NCBI GenBank assembly: GCA_964495875.1
Contig: CAZBWB010000001.1
Coordinates: 78,483 to 142,482, forward strand
DNA length: 64,000 nt
Direction of reading: 5' to 3'
DNA from: Candidatus Woesearchaeota archaeon
Lineage (GTDB): Archaea > Nanobdellota > Nanobdellia > Pacearchaeales > GW2011-AR1
In this document: one piece after another, positions 19,017-29,227 of the stretch
How positions within the stretch are numbered: the stretch's first letter is position 1
How the letters are laid out: each line of letters starts with the position of its first letter
Translations under genes and position numbers: made by a program
Notes under the pieces: model-generated
What the model saw: the letters and a program-made list of their open reading frames with translations, nothing else
What the model was told of the DNA's origin: nothing
Database searches by the model: none

Positions 19017-19259
19017 TTATTTTCTTTCTATTATTTTCCTTAATTCTTCTATAGAAGAAAAAGTTTTTCCATAACCTTCTTTTTCAATCTTTTTCAGTTT
19101 TTCCAGGTATTCTGGTCTGATTTCAGGTTCAAGTTGTTTTTCATATTCTTTTAATAAAAAAATTATAACCTGCTCTTTATTCTTAAAACCATATTTAGCT
19201 TTAATTATATTTAATATTCTGTCTTCATATTCTGGAATAGAAATTGTTGCAGTTGTCAT
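19017..19259 (-). CDS. putative antitoxin (ribbon-helix-helix / CopG-like) partner of the RelE-like toxin
   Basis: 80 aa. N-terminal beta-strand-like TISIPEYEDRILNIIKAKYGF is followed by helices. The stop lies 2 nt before the toxin start. Confidence 0.5.
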   Translation of the reverse strand: MTTATISIPEYEDRILNIIKAKYGFKNKEQVIIFLLKEYEKQLEPEIRPEYLEKLKKIEKEGYGKTFSSIEELRKIIERK

Positions 19260-19316
19260 TTTACAATATTTTATAGTATTTCATAGTATTTAAGTTTTTT
19301 GATTAATTAAGCAAAA

Positions 19317-20930
19317 TTAATATTCCATTCCAGGCATTCCAGGAGGCATTGCTCCTCTGCCTGCATTGCTCTTGGATTCAGAAGCAATAACATCATCAAT
19401 TCTTAAAATCATAATAGTAACTTCACTCGCAGAACTTATTGCCTGACTCTTTATCTTATATGGCTCAAGTATTCTTGCTTCCAGAACATTTTCAATTCTG
19501 TTGCTGAATAAATTCAGTCCTGCGTTTTTCTCTCCGGCATCGTGCCTTGATTTCAGTTCAGTAAGAACATCTATAGGGTCTATGCCTGCATTTTCTGCAA
19601 GGGTTGTGGGAATAAACTCTAAAGCAGAAGCAAATTCTTCTACAGCAAGCTGCTCTCTTCCGCTTAAACCTTGTGCAAAATCCCTCAACCTCCTTGCAAG
19701 TTCAATTTCAATTGCCCCTCCCCCAGGAACTATTAATCCGGTTTTAAGAGAAGAAACTACTCCCCCTAATCCGTCTTTAATGGCTCTCTCAATTTCATCA
19801 ATAACATGCTCGCTTCCGCCATGAATCAAAATAGTCAGTGCTTTTGGATTCTGGCATCCTCTAACATAAGTAAAAAAATCATCTCCCTGCTTTACTTCTT
19901 CAACTACTTGAGCTGTTCCAAATTCTTCAGAAGAAAGTTCATTCAAATTACTGACAATCTTTCCTCCTGTTGCCTTGGAAAGTTTTTCCATGTCACTTCT
20001 GGCAACTCTCCTGCAGGAATAAATTCCTGCTTTGGCAAGCAAATACTGGGCAAGGTCATCAATTCCTTTTTGGCAAAAAACAACATTTGCTCCTGTCTCT
20101 CTGATTTTGTTTATCATGTCCTTTATTGTTTTCTCCTCCTGGCTGATAAAACTCTGCAATTGCTCTGGAGAAGATATGGAAATTTTGGTATCAATTTCCG
20201 GATTTTTTAATTCAAGAGGAAAATCAATCAAAACAATTCTGGCATTATTCACAACAAAAGGCATATCAGAGGAAACTTTTTCATTATTCAAAACAATTCC
20301 TGAAATAAGTTCAGTATCTGCAATTCCGTCCCCCCTTGTTTTTTCAATTTTAATATCATTTAGTTCTATTCTGTTGCCGTCCTGAATCTGCTTGACAGCT
20401 CTCACGATTATATCAGAAAATTTTTCTTTTGAACCTTCTGCACCTTTTCCTGTCATGGCAGTCATTGCTATTTGTCTTAAAATATCTTCATCATCAGAAG
20501 TTATACGAAGGGCAATCTCATTCAAAATTTCCTGTGATTTTTCAGCAGCTATTTTATATCCTTTGGTTATAATGGTCGGATGAATTTTTTTATCCAAAAG
20601 TTTTTCTGCATTATCCAAAAGTTTTCCTGCAATCATAACAGCGGTTGTTGTTCCGTCGCCAACCTCACTATCCTGTGTTTTGGCAATTTCCACCATCATT
20701 TTTGCAGCAGGATGTTCAATCTGCATTTCTTCCAAAATTGTCACGCCGTCATTTGTCACAACAATATCATTCGCCGGAGAAACTAGCATCTTATCCATGC
20801 CTTTTGGTCCGAGAGTGGTCTTCACCATTTCTGCAACCATTCGTGCAGCAAGAATATTATTTCTCTGAGCATCCTTGCCCATGATTCTCTGAATGTCTTC
20901 AGGCATGAGAACTATTGGTTTATCTGCCAT
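19317..20930 (-). CDS. thsA: thermosome subunit (group II chaperonin, Cpn60/TCP-1 family)
   Basis: [15 protein letters not shown]-binding motif, VPGGGAIE, the thermosome apical-lid region and a C-terminal GMPGM-like tail. 537 aa. Confidence 0.95.
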   Translation of the reverse strand: MADKPIVLMPEDIQRIMGKDAQRNNILAARMVAEMVKTTLGPKGMDKMLVSPANDIVVTNDGVTILEEMQIEHPAAKMMVEIAKTQDSEVGDGTTTAVMIAGKLLDNAEKLLDKKIHPTIITKGYKIAAEKSQEILNEIALRITSDDEDILRQIAMTAMTGKGAEGSKEKFSDIIVRAVKQIQDGNRIELNDIKIEKTRGDGIADTELISGIVLNNEKVSSDMPFVVNNARIVLIDFPLELKNPEIDTKISISSPEQLQSFISQEEKTIKDMINKIRETGANVVFCQKGIDDLAQYLLAKAGIYSCRRVARSDMEKLSKATGGKIVSNLNELSSEEFGTAQVVEEVKQGDDFFTYVRGCQNPKALTILIHGGSEHVIDEIERAIKDGLGGVVSSLKTGLIVPGGGAIEIELARRLRDFAQGLSGREQLAVEEFASALEFIPTTLAENAGIDPIDVLTELKSRHDAGEKNAGLNLFSNRIENVLEARILEPYKIKSQAISSASEVTIMILRIDDVIASESKSNAGRGAMPPGMPGMEY

Positions 20931-20949
20931 AAATATTTTTTTCTACACC

Positions 20950-20959
20950 TATATTTAAA
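20950..20959 (-). promoter_or_regulatory. putative TATA box (tttaaatata on the minus strand) about 20-29 nt upstream of the thermosome ATG
   Basis: An AT-rich box at the expected archaeal spacing for a leaderless transcript. The whole genome is AT-rich, so specificity is low. Confidence 0.25.
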
Positions 20960-21027
20960 CATTATTGTAATCAGAAGATAATTTATTTTATATAAAAATT
21001 TATAAGTTTCAAGCCCCTTAAAATAAT

Positions 21028-21594
21028 ATGAATAATATACTTGTCGCCAACATCATGACAAGAGAACCAATAGTAACGAAACCAGACACAAATCTGTTGG
21101 AATGCGCTAAAAAAATGGTGAGAAAACGTGTTGGAAGCCTGCTTCTTGTGGATAAGAAAAGACTAGTCGGATTTATCTCTGAAAAAGATATACTTTGGGC
21201 ATTAATAAAAAAATCAAAAGAAGATTTATCGCAAATAAAAGCAATTGATATTTCTCCGAGGAAAATAGCGACAATAAAACCCACTGCAACAATATCACAG
21301 GCAATCGAAAAAATGAAAAAAGTAAAGTTTGAGAGACTTCCTGTTATTGAGAATGGAGAACTCGTTGGGATAATAACCAGCAGAGATATTTTAAATTTTC
21401 ATCCGGAATTTTATCCAGAATTAGAAGAATTTGCAAAAATCAGGGAAGAATCAAAAAAATTAAAAAGAGTAAAAAAGGCAAAAAGTAGAGAATCCGTAAA
21501 AGAGGGAACTTGTGAAGAATGCGGTAAACAAGATATTCTTTATAAATTCAATGGCATGTTGATTTGTGAATCATGTATAAATTCCAAACCTTAA
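21028..21594 (+). CDS. CBS-pair domain protein with a C-terminal zinc ribbon
   Basis: Two CBS repeats (IMTREPIVTKPDTNLLECAKKM...VD and ...ISQAIEKMKKVKFERLPVIENGELVGIITSRDIL). C-terminal CEECGKQ...CESC. Confidence 0.8.
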   Translation: MNNILVANIMTREPIVTKPDTNLLECAKKMVRKRVGSLLLVDKKRLVGFISEKDILWALIKKSKEDLSQIKAIDISPRKIATIKPTATISQAIEKMKKVKFERLPVIENGELVGIITSRDILNFHPEFYPELEEFAKIREESKKLKRVKKAKSRESVKEGTCEECGKQDILYKFNGMLICESCINSKP

Positions 21595-22241
21595 GGCAAG
21601 ATATATTTGAACCTTAATTCTTCTGCTTTTTGTCTTATTAATTCCACCAAGGAAATTCCTTTATTCTGTGCTTCAAATCCTGCTTCAGGAAGATGATTTA
21701 TTTTAACAATTCTTTTTTTTATTGAATTAATTCCTATCTCTCCACCTACTTTTTTCTTATCACAATCATAGACTATTGACTGAACCGTCAGAGGAGTTCC
21801 AGTTAAAAAGGATTCGATTGTAGGCTCGATATCCCTGGTCAATATAGAATGCATATTAAATAAATAATTTAAATCAACTTTAATATTATCTTCTCTTTTT
21901 AAGAAATAGGGATTTCCGTAACTAGTCATTCTCAATTCCCATCCTTCTGGAATATATATTTCTTCTTCAGAACGCTCTCTAACTAAAAAATCAATATCAA
22001 TTTCCTCCAGACTTTTTAACTTTCTTTTACGAATTTTATTTATTATATTTCTATAAAGAAAACTTCCTATGAGCCATATTTTCCCTTTGGAATTTTTCTC
22101 TATAATATCCAATGCTTCTTTAAATTCAGAGGAATATTTAACAAAATCTCTAAAAATTACAGTAAGAGTTTTATCATAATTTATTATATCCTCTCTATAT
22201 CTTGTTTCCATGATCATTTTCCACTTAGTTTTAGAACACAT
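21591..22241 (-). CDS. putative minimal nucleotidyltransferase-fold protein (216 aa)
   Basis: IWLIGSFLYRNIINKIRKRKLKSLEEIDIDFLV fits the GS-x(n)-[DE]hDh pattern of Pol-beta-superfamily NTases. The rest is unassigned. Confidence 0.4.
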   Translation of the reverse strand: MCSKTKWKMIMETRYREDIINYDKTLTVIFRDFVKYSSEFKEALDIIEKNSKGKIWLIGSFLYRNIINKIRKRKLKSLEEIDIDFLVRERSEEEIYIPEGWELRMTSYGNPYFLKREDNIKVDLNYLFNMHSILTRDIEPTIESFLTGTPLTVQSIVYDCDKKKVGGEIGINSIKKRIVKINHLPEAGFEAQNKGISLVELIRQKAEELRFKYILP

Positions 22242-22310
22242 CCAAAATATAAAAATTCTTCTAATAAATTTCTCCGAAGAATATTTAAATAAAGTTTTCT
22301 TATTAAAAAA

Positions 22311-22814
22311 ATGCCAGAAAAAGACACTATATTTTCAAGCAAAATAAAATATACTGGAATCTTTTCCTTTAAAGATTTTTATAATTTTTGTTATGACTGG
22401 CTTACACAAGAATTCATACTTGATGTTGCAGAAAGCAAATATACAGAAAAAATAATTGGAGATTCAAAAAACATAGATATTGAATGGATTGGTGAAAGAA
22501 AGGTCACAGATTATTTCAAATTTGAAGTTAAAATAAAATTCAAGATAATTGAATTAACAGAAGTTGAAATTCAGGAAAATGGTATAAAGATAAAAACTAA
22601 CAAGGGACGTGTTGAAGTGGATGTAAGGGGTATACTTGTAAGGGATTATGAAGGTAAATTTGAACATACTGCAGGTAAAAAGTTTCTTAGAAGTATTTAT
22701 GAAAAATGGGTCATTCCTTCAAGAATCATAGAATATGAAAACAAATTGGTAGAAGACTGTGATGAATTCCTGAACCAAGCCAAGGCTTATCTTGATTTAG
22801 AAGGTAAAAAGTAA
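22311..22814 (+). CDS. hypothetical protein (167 aa)
   Basis: ORF from the track, divergent from the NTase-like gene. No motif recognised. Confidence 0.4.
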   Translation: MPEKDTIFSSKIKYTGIFSFKDFYNFCYDWLTQEFILDVAESKYTEKIIGDSKNIDIEWIGERKVTDYFKFEVKIKFKIIELTEVEIQENGIKIKTNKGRVEVDVRGILVRDYEGKFEHTAGKKFLRSIYEKWVIPSRIIEYENKLVEDCDEFLNQAKAYLDLEGKK

Positions 22815-22849
22815 TCACCGAAATCCTTAAATAGAATTTCTTTTTTCAG

Positions 22850-24241
22850 TTGATTATGAAAAAGATATTTGTTCTGTTATTGGTATTATTTATTATTCCA
22901 AATATTATTGCCATAAGTTTAGATGTAGAAAAAAAAAGTTCAGATGAATTCATGATTATAGGACTTGAAAAACCGGCTGTTTTTGTTTTAGATGTTATGA
23001 ACAACGGTGCATCAGATAATTTCCTTTTTTATACTTTTTTTGGCGGAGGAAGTTATCCCACAGGAACAGTTTATATCGGAAACGGGCAGGCAAAAGAAGT
23101 GGAATTTGGAGTTTATCCTCGTTCAGATTTTACCCAGAGAGGCGCTGTCATATTTGATTTATTTATCAAAGGACAGGACGGAACTGAAAAGAAAATCCCT
23201 CTTACAGTAAAAGTCGTTGACGCAGAAGATTCGATAGAAATCGGCTCTGAAGAATTTGACCCCAGCTCAAATTCTCTTCAAATTTACATAAAAAATAAAG
23301 TAAATATTGATTTCAGTGAGATTGAAGCAAGATTTAAATCTCCCTTTTTTAGTTTTGAAGAAAAATTCTCTTTAGAATCTTATGAAAAAAAAAGTTTTGA
23401 TGTAGAGTTGAACAAAGAGGATTTCAACAAAGTTATGGCTGGGTTCTACACAGTTGAAGCTAAAATAAAGACAGACGGGCAGGAATTTAAGATTGAGGGG
23501 ACAATGAAATTTTCTGAAAAAGATATCTTAAAAACAACAGAAGAGGCTTATGGTTTTATCATCAGGACAAATATAATTAAAAAAACAAACGAGGGAAATG
23601 TTATTTCTGAATCTGAAACAGTAATAAAAAAGAATATTATTACAAGATTATTTACAAGTTTTAATCCTAAGCCAGATATTGTTGAAAGAAAAGGGTTGGT
23701 AATTTATTATACATGGAATCAGCAGGTAAAACCAGGAGAGACTCTTGAAATCAGTGTGAGAACAAACTGGCTACTGCCGTTGCTGGTTATATTCTTAATT
23801 TTAGCAATCGTTATATTGGCAAAAAAATTTTCAGTGGCAAATCTGGTTTTGAGAAAAAGAATTTCTTTTGTCAGGGCTAAAGGAGGGGAATTTGCTTTGA
23901 AAGTCTCTATATTCGTAAATGCCAAGAAATATATTGAAAGAGTGAATATAACTGACAGGCTTCCTCCGTTGGTCAAGATTCATGAAAGATTTGGAATAGA
24001 ACAACCGACAAGAATTAATGAGAAAACAAGAAGGATTGAATGGAATTTTGAAAAACTTGAGGCAGGAGAGACAAGAACACTGTCTTATATCATTTATTCT
24101 AAAATTGGTGTTCTCGGCAAGTTTGCGCTTCCGACAGCAACTGCGATTTATGAGAGAAACGGCGAATTCCATGAGACAGAATCCAATAAAACTTTTTTCG
24201 TTGCCGAACACAAAATCCCCAAGGAAGAAGTTGGGGAATAG
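22850..24241 (+). CDS. secreted/membrane-anchored hypothetical surface protein (463 aa)
   Basis: N-terminal signal/TM MIMKKIFVLLLVLFIIPNIIA. A second TM helix WLLPLLVIFLILAIVILA lies near residue 310. Confidence 0.45.
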   Translation: MIMKKIFVLLLVLFIIPNIIAISLDVEKKSSDEFMIIGLEKPAVFVLDVMNNGASDNFLFYTFFGGGSYPTGTVYIGNGQAKEVEFGVYPRSDFTQRGAVIFDLFIKGQDGTEKKIPLTVKVVDAEDSIEIGSEEFDPSSNSLQIYIKNKVNIDFSEIEARFKSPFFSFEEKFSLESYEKKSFDVELNKEDFNKVMAGFYTVEAKIKTDGQEFKIEGTMKFSEKDILKTTEEAYGFIIRTNIIKKTNEGNVISESETVIKKNIITRLFTSFNPKPDIVERKGLVIYYTWNQQVKPGETLEISVRTNWLLPLLVIFLILAIVILAKKFSVANLVLRKRISFVRAKGGEFALKVSIFVNAKKYIERVNITDRLPPLVKIHERFGIEQPTRINEKTRRIEWNFEKLEAGETRTLSYIIYSKIGVLGKFALPTATAIYERNGEFHETESNKTFFVAEHKIPKEEVGE

Positions 24242-24264
24242 AAAGATTTAAGGGGGATGGATTT

Positions 24265-24735
24265 TTACTCAATTTCTTGAAGATAATTTTTTCCATCTCT
24301 TTTAGATTTAACAACAGACAAAAAATTCTTACTAAGAAAATCATCCCCAATAAAAGAAGGTAGTTGATTCAAAATATTTTGTGCTTGTCCCATTTGTACG
24401 CCTAATGGAACTCCCACATAAAGATTATGAACAAAATCAATTATCTTATTTTCATAATCTCTAAAAAACAAGTTGCATTCTCCTAAATCTTTTAAATCCA
24501 AATGGAACCCCCCAAGTATTAATGGTTTTTTAAGGTCCATAGAAGGTTTTTGCATATATGGAACTCTCGTTTTGTTCATGGTTCCTGGACTAATTATAAA
24601 AAAAGGACAACCTGTATCAACAATTGCTGTTGAATAAAAATGGGGAAGAGTACCATATTCCACAGAAAAAGTAACCATTGATTTTCTTTCAAAACCGAGT
24701 GCTTTAGAAGTAAATAAAGGAATTTTAATTCCCAT
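24265..24735 (-). CDS. retropepsin-like aspartic protease domain protein
   Basis: STAIVDTGCPFFIIS contains the D-T-G-(A/C) catalytic triad of retroviral-type aspartyl proteases (PF13650/PF13975-like). 156 aa. Confidence 0.55.
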   Translation of the reverse strand: MGIKIPLFTSKALGFERKSMVTFSVEYGTLPHFYSTAIVDTGCPFFIISPGTMNKTRVPYMQKPSMDLKKPLILGGFHLDLKDLGECNLFFRDYENKIIDFVHNLYVGVPLGVQMGQAQNILNQLPSFIGDDFLSKNFLSVVKSKRDGKNYLQEIE

Positions 24736-24978
24736 TTAAAAAATTACATGTATGTCATCCTTAGAAACAAATTCAATTACTGCTCCAGATGCCTCAATAT
24801 TTTGAGCAGTTAATTCTTTTTTTACATCTTCAATAGAGGTTCCAGCAGAAATGACTTTTCCATTTTTAAATGCTACAAATTGGTCTGGATTTGTTTTTCT
24901 TAATTCTGGCAAAACATTTTGAAAACAAATAAAATCCTTTTCGTAATTTTCTAAATCTAATACCATTTTATTTTCCAT
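24736..24978 (-). CDS. small hypothetical protein (80 aa) immediately upstream of and abutting the aspartic protease gene
   Basis: Its stop is adjacent to the protease start at 24735/24736. No motif recognised. Confidence 0.4.
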   Translation of the reverse strand: MENKMVLDLENYEKDFICFQNVLPELRKTNPDQFVAFKNGKVISAGTSIEDVKKELTAQNIEASGAVIEFVSKDDIHVIF

Positions 24979-25095
24979 CCCATTCCGCCACCTCTTTATT
25001 ATTTAAGTATTTCTATATTTTTAAAACTTTCTCAGAAATTTTGAAATCTCACATACCAATAATCTTAAAAATACTTTCTAACTTTTTATTTCAGC

Positions 25096-25166
25096 CCCTC
25101 CATAGCTTAGTGGTAGAGCGGTCGGCTGTAGCCCGACATGTCCCAGTTCGATTCTGGGTGGAGGGA
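25096..25166 (+). tRNA. tRNA-Tyr (anticodon GTA), archaeal-type C1:G72
   Basis: Acceptor CCCTCCA/TGGAGGG+A. D-arm GCTT-AGTGGTA-GAGC. Anticodon stem GTCGG/CCGAC, loop CTGTAGC. T-arm CCCAG-TTCGATT-CTGGG. Confidence 0.7.
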
Positions 25167-25249
25167 TGTTTGTCAATCTAAATCTTGGAAAAAATAAATG
25201 GCTTGATTTAATTTATTTAGCAAGTCAAAAGAATTAAATTTTTCTTACT

Positions 25250-25549
25250 TTAATTGCAATTAGGAGTGATCTCAAGAATTTGATTAGGTGTTAAATCAAA
25301 AATTCTAATTAGTTTATCATACATTTGTTCTCCACAATCTTCGGCAGAAATTCCTTTTTCATAACAATAATCAGTATAAATCTTAATTTCTCTGCATACT
25401 TCTTCAATTAATTTGGAAGTTAGTTCTACTTCTTTTGTTGTTTGTTGTGTAATATTTTTTGTATTATCTTCCCCTCCAAAAGTTATGATAATCACTAAAA
25501 AAACAATAATTCCCAACATAATTAGAAATATTTTTATTCCTTTTTTCAT
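25250..25549 (-). CDS. small membrane-anchored Cys-containing protein (99 aa)
   Basis: N-terminal TM helix IFLIMLGIIVFLVIIITF. Five Cys in the extracellular part. Confidence 0.35.
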   Translation of the reverse strand: MKKGIKIFLIMLGIIVFLVIIITFGGEDNTKNITQQTTKEVELTSKLIEEVCREIKIYTDYCYEKGISAEDCGEQMYDKLIRIFDLTPNQILEITPNCN

Positions 25550-25757
25550 AGATTATTAAAAATAAGCATACTTAAAAATTTACCTAATACCAACCGATAA
25601 TCCCAATAAATCAATTATAGAAATATTTAAAAACCAGTTATTTCTTTAAAAAATAAATAAACGGGGGAAAAGATGGAGGATAATTCTTCTCAAACCGAAG
25701 AAGATGATTTTCTTAAGGAGATTGAAGAGCTAGATCTCGACAACTAATTTTTTATTT

Positions 25758-26669
25758 TTATTCTTTTATTTTTAATTTTATTTTATTGTTTTCTTTATCC
25801 AATTCGTTCCCGCTGTAATCAATATAAAATTCAAGTTCGTTGACAACGATTTGAGGAACCCAGATATTTACAAGAACCATCATTCTTCCATAACCGACTT
25901 GTAAAGGTTCAAATTCAATTTCTTTAATCTTCCTCCCATCAGCATAAATAATTATTTTTGCTGTTCCTGTATCTTTAAGTCCGTTATTTCTCACACTCAC
26001 ATTAACATCCAAGAATTTTCCTTTCATTTGCGCAGAAACATTTTCAAAAGCCAAATCAGGATAACTCGGATAAGAGTATAAGTCATTTATTAAGTCAATA
26101 GTATCATCACCGATTACCTGGTTACATTTGCTTATATAATACATTATATTTTTTGGATTAGCTGAATGATTAAATCCCAAAACATGCAATAATTCATGAA
26201 TAGCAATATTTGGTCTTTCGCAATTAGACTCTCTTATCAGCAGAATTTTCCCGTGAAAAATTACATTAAATTCTCCTGCCCGAGTTATATTGGTGGGTCC
26301 GCCCTCACCTGCAATAAATAAACCTCCTTCTATTTTAGCCCCACTGTCACATGTTACTGAAATTTCTTCATTATTATCAACAACATAAAAATCCAAGAGG
26401 GTTAGATTAGAAACTATATCAAATGCTTCTTCCATTTCATCTTCTTTTTGTAATGTGCAGTCAGAAATCTTATAAGAAATTTCTGGATTTGGAAATCTCA
26501 TATTTTGATAAAATTGCATTTCTTGGTATTCAGAACCGACACTAAAATTAGAATTTCCTGTTTTTATTCCAAAATTAATTGCTCCTCTGGGAATAAACCA
26601 ATAAAACACAAGCAAGGATACAACCAAAACTATAAATATTGTGCTTAGAATAATTTTTATCCACCCCAT
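25758..26669 (-). CDS. membrane-anchored zinc metalloprotease (metzincin/matrixin-like, HExxHxxGxxH)
   Basis: N-terminal TM helix. Motif IAIHELLHVLGFNHS (HExxHxxGxxH), with a Met-turn candidate downstream. Confidence 0.6.
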   Translation of the reverse strand: MGWIKIILSTIFIVLVVSLLVFYWFIPRGAINFGIKTGNSNFSVGSEYQEMQFYQNMRFPNPEISYKISDCTLQKEDEMEEAFDIVSNLTLLDFYVVDNNEEISVTCDSGAKIEGGLFIAGEGGPTNITRAGEFNVIFHGKILLIRESNCERPNIAIHELLHVLGFNHSANPKNIMYYISKCNQVIGDDTIDLINDLYSYPSYPDLAFENVSAQMKGKFLDVNVSVRNNGLKDTGTAKIIIYADGRKIKEIEFEPLQVGYGRMMVLVNIWVPQIVVNELEFYIDYSGNELDKENNKIKLKIKE

Positions 26670-26742
26670 AAGAACATTAAAAAAATTAGATTATATAAAT
26701 CTTAATAAAAAAACAAAAAAAAGAAATAGTAAAAAAGAAGAA

Positions 26743-26871
26743 TTATTCCTCGTCTTCTTCTGGTTCTTCTGGTTCTTCTGGAGCAGGTTCTGGTTCTTCA
26801 GATTCTTCTGAAGCTTCAGATTCACTTGGCTCTTCAGATTCTTCTCCAGTTTCTTCGTTTTCTTCTTCCAT
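26743..26871 (-). CDS. possible small hyper-acidic protein (42 aa), absent from the ORF track
   Basis: Minus-strand frame MEEENEETGEESEEPSESEASEESEEPEPAPEEPEEPEEDEE*. It sits over ggttcttct-type short repeats and could be non-coding. Confidence 0.2.
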   Translation of the reverse strand: MEEENEETGEESEEPSESEASEESEEPEPAPEEPEEPEEDEE

Positions 26872-27297
26872 TTTATTTTACCTATTTAAGTAAAATTACG
26901 ACGAAAAATTCTTTTTTAAAGGTTTTGGCGAGATAATTTGAAAGCGAAAAAATTAATTTAATAAATAACGACTTTTCAAGTTATCGAGTAGATAAAATTT
27001 ACTACTGCTTAATAAGACAAAAAATAACAAACTTTTTATATGAAAAATTACGTCCATTTTTATGGCTATAATGAATAATTCAGATGAGCCACCCTCGGAT
27101 TGCAGGAGAAAAAGAATTCTAAAAGTTCGGAGGTTAAGATTCAAATGATTTGTCTTGAGCCCAAGGATGCTTTTCTGATTATAATTTTCTTTTTATTAAT
27201 CCAGCCAATCCTCTTCAAAGTTATCTCTTTTATTTGGAATTTATTTACCAATAAGGAATAGGAAAAAAATTTATGCAATCAACTGATATAAAAAAAT

Positions 27298-28722
27298 TTA
27301 ATCTTCATCAATCTCTCCAGGCTCACCAGGTCCTTCATCTACTCCATTATCAGCGTCATTCCCATTTCCATCTCCACTACCTCCCCCGCTATTTACAACA
27401 ACATTATCCTCTCCATCATCTCCATTTCCAGAAACATCTGTTTTAATATCCCAAGTTAAGCCACCATCACCACTCACATCCATGGCTGGATGATCTACAA
27501 CCCAATTTTCAATCTCTTCTTCAACCCCCTCAATTTCCCCTTCCACTTCCCAAACTTCATTTTGTCCTAAACTTTCATTAATATCAATTTGATGTTGTCT
27601 AGATTTATTTTCAAATTCATCTATAACCCCATTAATTTCATTTTCAATAATATAATTTATTAGCCCGTCCTCATTTTCAACCATTGTAATTTCTCCGCAC
27701 TTTTCTTTTAGGAAAATTCCATCTTCATCATAACATTGAGGAATTGATTCTTGCATTGTTATTTCCTCTTTAGGTCCTCCACATTCTTCTTCATTCCAGT
27801 TACCTTCAGCATCCCAGCATTTTGCAGACGTTTCTTTTAGATGCCTGTATTGTTCGCACTCAGGTTTAGTATTTTCATTCCAACATTCTTCAGGAACCCC
27901 CTCTGAATGTTCTATACCATAATCTATCATACCTTCTTTCTCTCTAAATAAGTTCATTAAGAAATCTGGGACAAAACTTGTTGCATGTGGTCTCAGAGAT
28001 ATCATTTGGTCACATGCTTCTTGGTCATCTTTGTATTCACACCGAACTGCCAAAGCAATCATCTTCTCACATTTTGCCTGTTCATCAACATCAGAAACAT
28101 CCTCACAATTACAAGTCCCAGGGTCATCCATGCAACTTCTAATATCTAACATTAACTTAACAAATAATTCTTCTTGAAGCTTTTTTAATTCTTTTAATTC
28201 TTTTTGAAGTGGTTCAGGAGCAGTTTTTGGATTGCATTTTTCTTCTCGCAGCATTAAAGTATAATCTTCGCTTGCAAGTTTTTTACACATTTCAAAAATC
28301 TCTTTAGTCAGCATCGCTGTAAGTTTTGTTTTTCTCTCCTCTAAAATATAAACATCAAAATTATCTGAAAGATTTTCTTCATCTTCTATTTTATTAACAA
28401 TTTCATCAACACTTTCCTCAACTTCATCAATAACATCTAAAGAAATTTTTTCTCTAACAACCTGAAGTTTTTCATGTGCCCCCTCAAGATTTTTAATTGC
28501 ATCTTTTTCATTCTGGTTTTGAGAGTTACTTATTGCTGAATCTATTTCTTTTTCTCTAATTTCTAAAGCTAATCTTACTTTATTATCTCCAGAAGAAAAA
28601 AATAATCTAAGGTTATCTGTGGCTCTATTTAATGTAGAATATTCTAAGGATGTTTGAGCTTGAATTAAAGGAGAGACTAATAAAATTCCTAACAAAAGTA
28701 AAACTATCACTTCTTTTTTCAT
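27298..28722 (-). CDS. large secreted acidic Cys-rich protein (474 aa) with a Gly/Asp-rich C-terminus
   Basis: Signal peptide MKKEVIVLLLLGILLVSPLIQA. More than 20 Cys residues. C-terminal NSGGGSGDGNGNDADNG tail. Confidence 0.5.
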   Translation of the reverse strand: MKKEVIVLLLLGILLVSPLIQAQTSLEYSTLNRATDNLRLFFSSGDNKVRLALEIREKEIDSAISNSQNQNEKDAIKNLEGAHEKLQVVREKISLDVIDEVEESVDEIVNKIEDEENLSDNFDVYILEERKTKLTAMLTKEIFEMCKKLASEDYTLMLREEKCNPKTAPEPLQKELKELKKLQEELFVKLMLDIRSCMDDPGTCNCEDVSDVDEQAKCEKMIALAVRCEYKDDQEACDQMISLRPHATSFVPDFLMNLFREKEGMIDYGIEHSEGVPEECWNENTKPECEQYRHLKETSAKCWDAEGNWNEEECGGPKEEITMQESIPQCYDEDGIFLKEKCGEITMVENEDGLINYIIENEINGVIDEFENKSRQHQIDINESLGQNEVWEVEGEIEGVEEEIENWVVDHPAMDVSGDGGLTWDIKTDVSGNGDDGEDNVVVNSGGGSGDGNGNDADNGVDEGPGEPGEIDED

Positions 28723-28817
28723 GCTTTGATTAAGAATATATCCTATATAAAATTAACCCAGAATACCATATCCCACACAAAATAAATCCTTACATAATAA
28801 AGAAAATTAATAAAAAA

Positions 28818-29039
28818 ATGAAAATTTCTGACAAAGTAAGATTTTTGGAAGAAGAACTTGAAGCCTTTGAAAAAATATATAGAGAAGAAATAGAAAGAGA
28901 ATTAAAGTCTGATGAAATCGTGATAGATATTGGAAATTTAACCTGTTATGATTGGGCTTATTCACTGGAAGATCAGTTTTATCCTATAAGAATATTATTA
29001 GAGAAGAAGCTAAGTTCTGGATTAATTATTACCCTTTAG
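28818..29039 (+). CDS. small hypothetical protein (73 aa)
   Basis: ORF from the track. No motif recognised. Confidence 0.25.
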   Translation: MKISDKVRFLEEELEAFEKIYREEIERELKSDEIVIDIGNLTCYDWAYSLEDQFYPIRILLEKKLSSGLIITL

Positions 29040-29227
29040 AAGATTAATCTTTCATAATTTACCTAGTTCACATGTTGAAGGCAGTAATGGCAAAAGACTC
29101 ATGAATGCCTTAAATAATTTATCAGACAAAAGAGAATATCATATAGAATATCATAAGGACGCCGAGTTCTGTGAGATAATAATTAAGGGGATTCGAGAAG
29201 GAAAATTGCCAGAAATGAATCATTAAA

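Noticed and set aside
19501-20884. Multiple 60-134-aa ORFs on the plus strand inside the thermosome gene
   Set aside because: They are antisense to a high-confidence conserved gene and have low-complexity, Ser/Leu-rich compositions typical of spurious reverse-strand frames.
25663-25749. 24-aa acidic mini-ORF (MEDNSSQTEEDDFLKEIEELDLDN) with an upstream GGGGG box
   Set aside because: It is too short and low-complexity to support as a gene without conservation or expression data.
26880-27297. Possible C/D box sRNA in the 420-bp intergenic region (cagatgag ... tctga)
   Set aside because: Candidate C and D boxes are imperfect and about 100 nt apart, too far for a canonical archaeal C/D sRNA. I keep it only as a GC-richer patch of unknown meaning.
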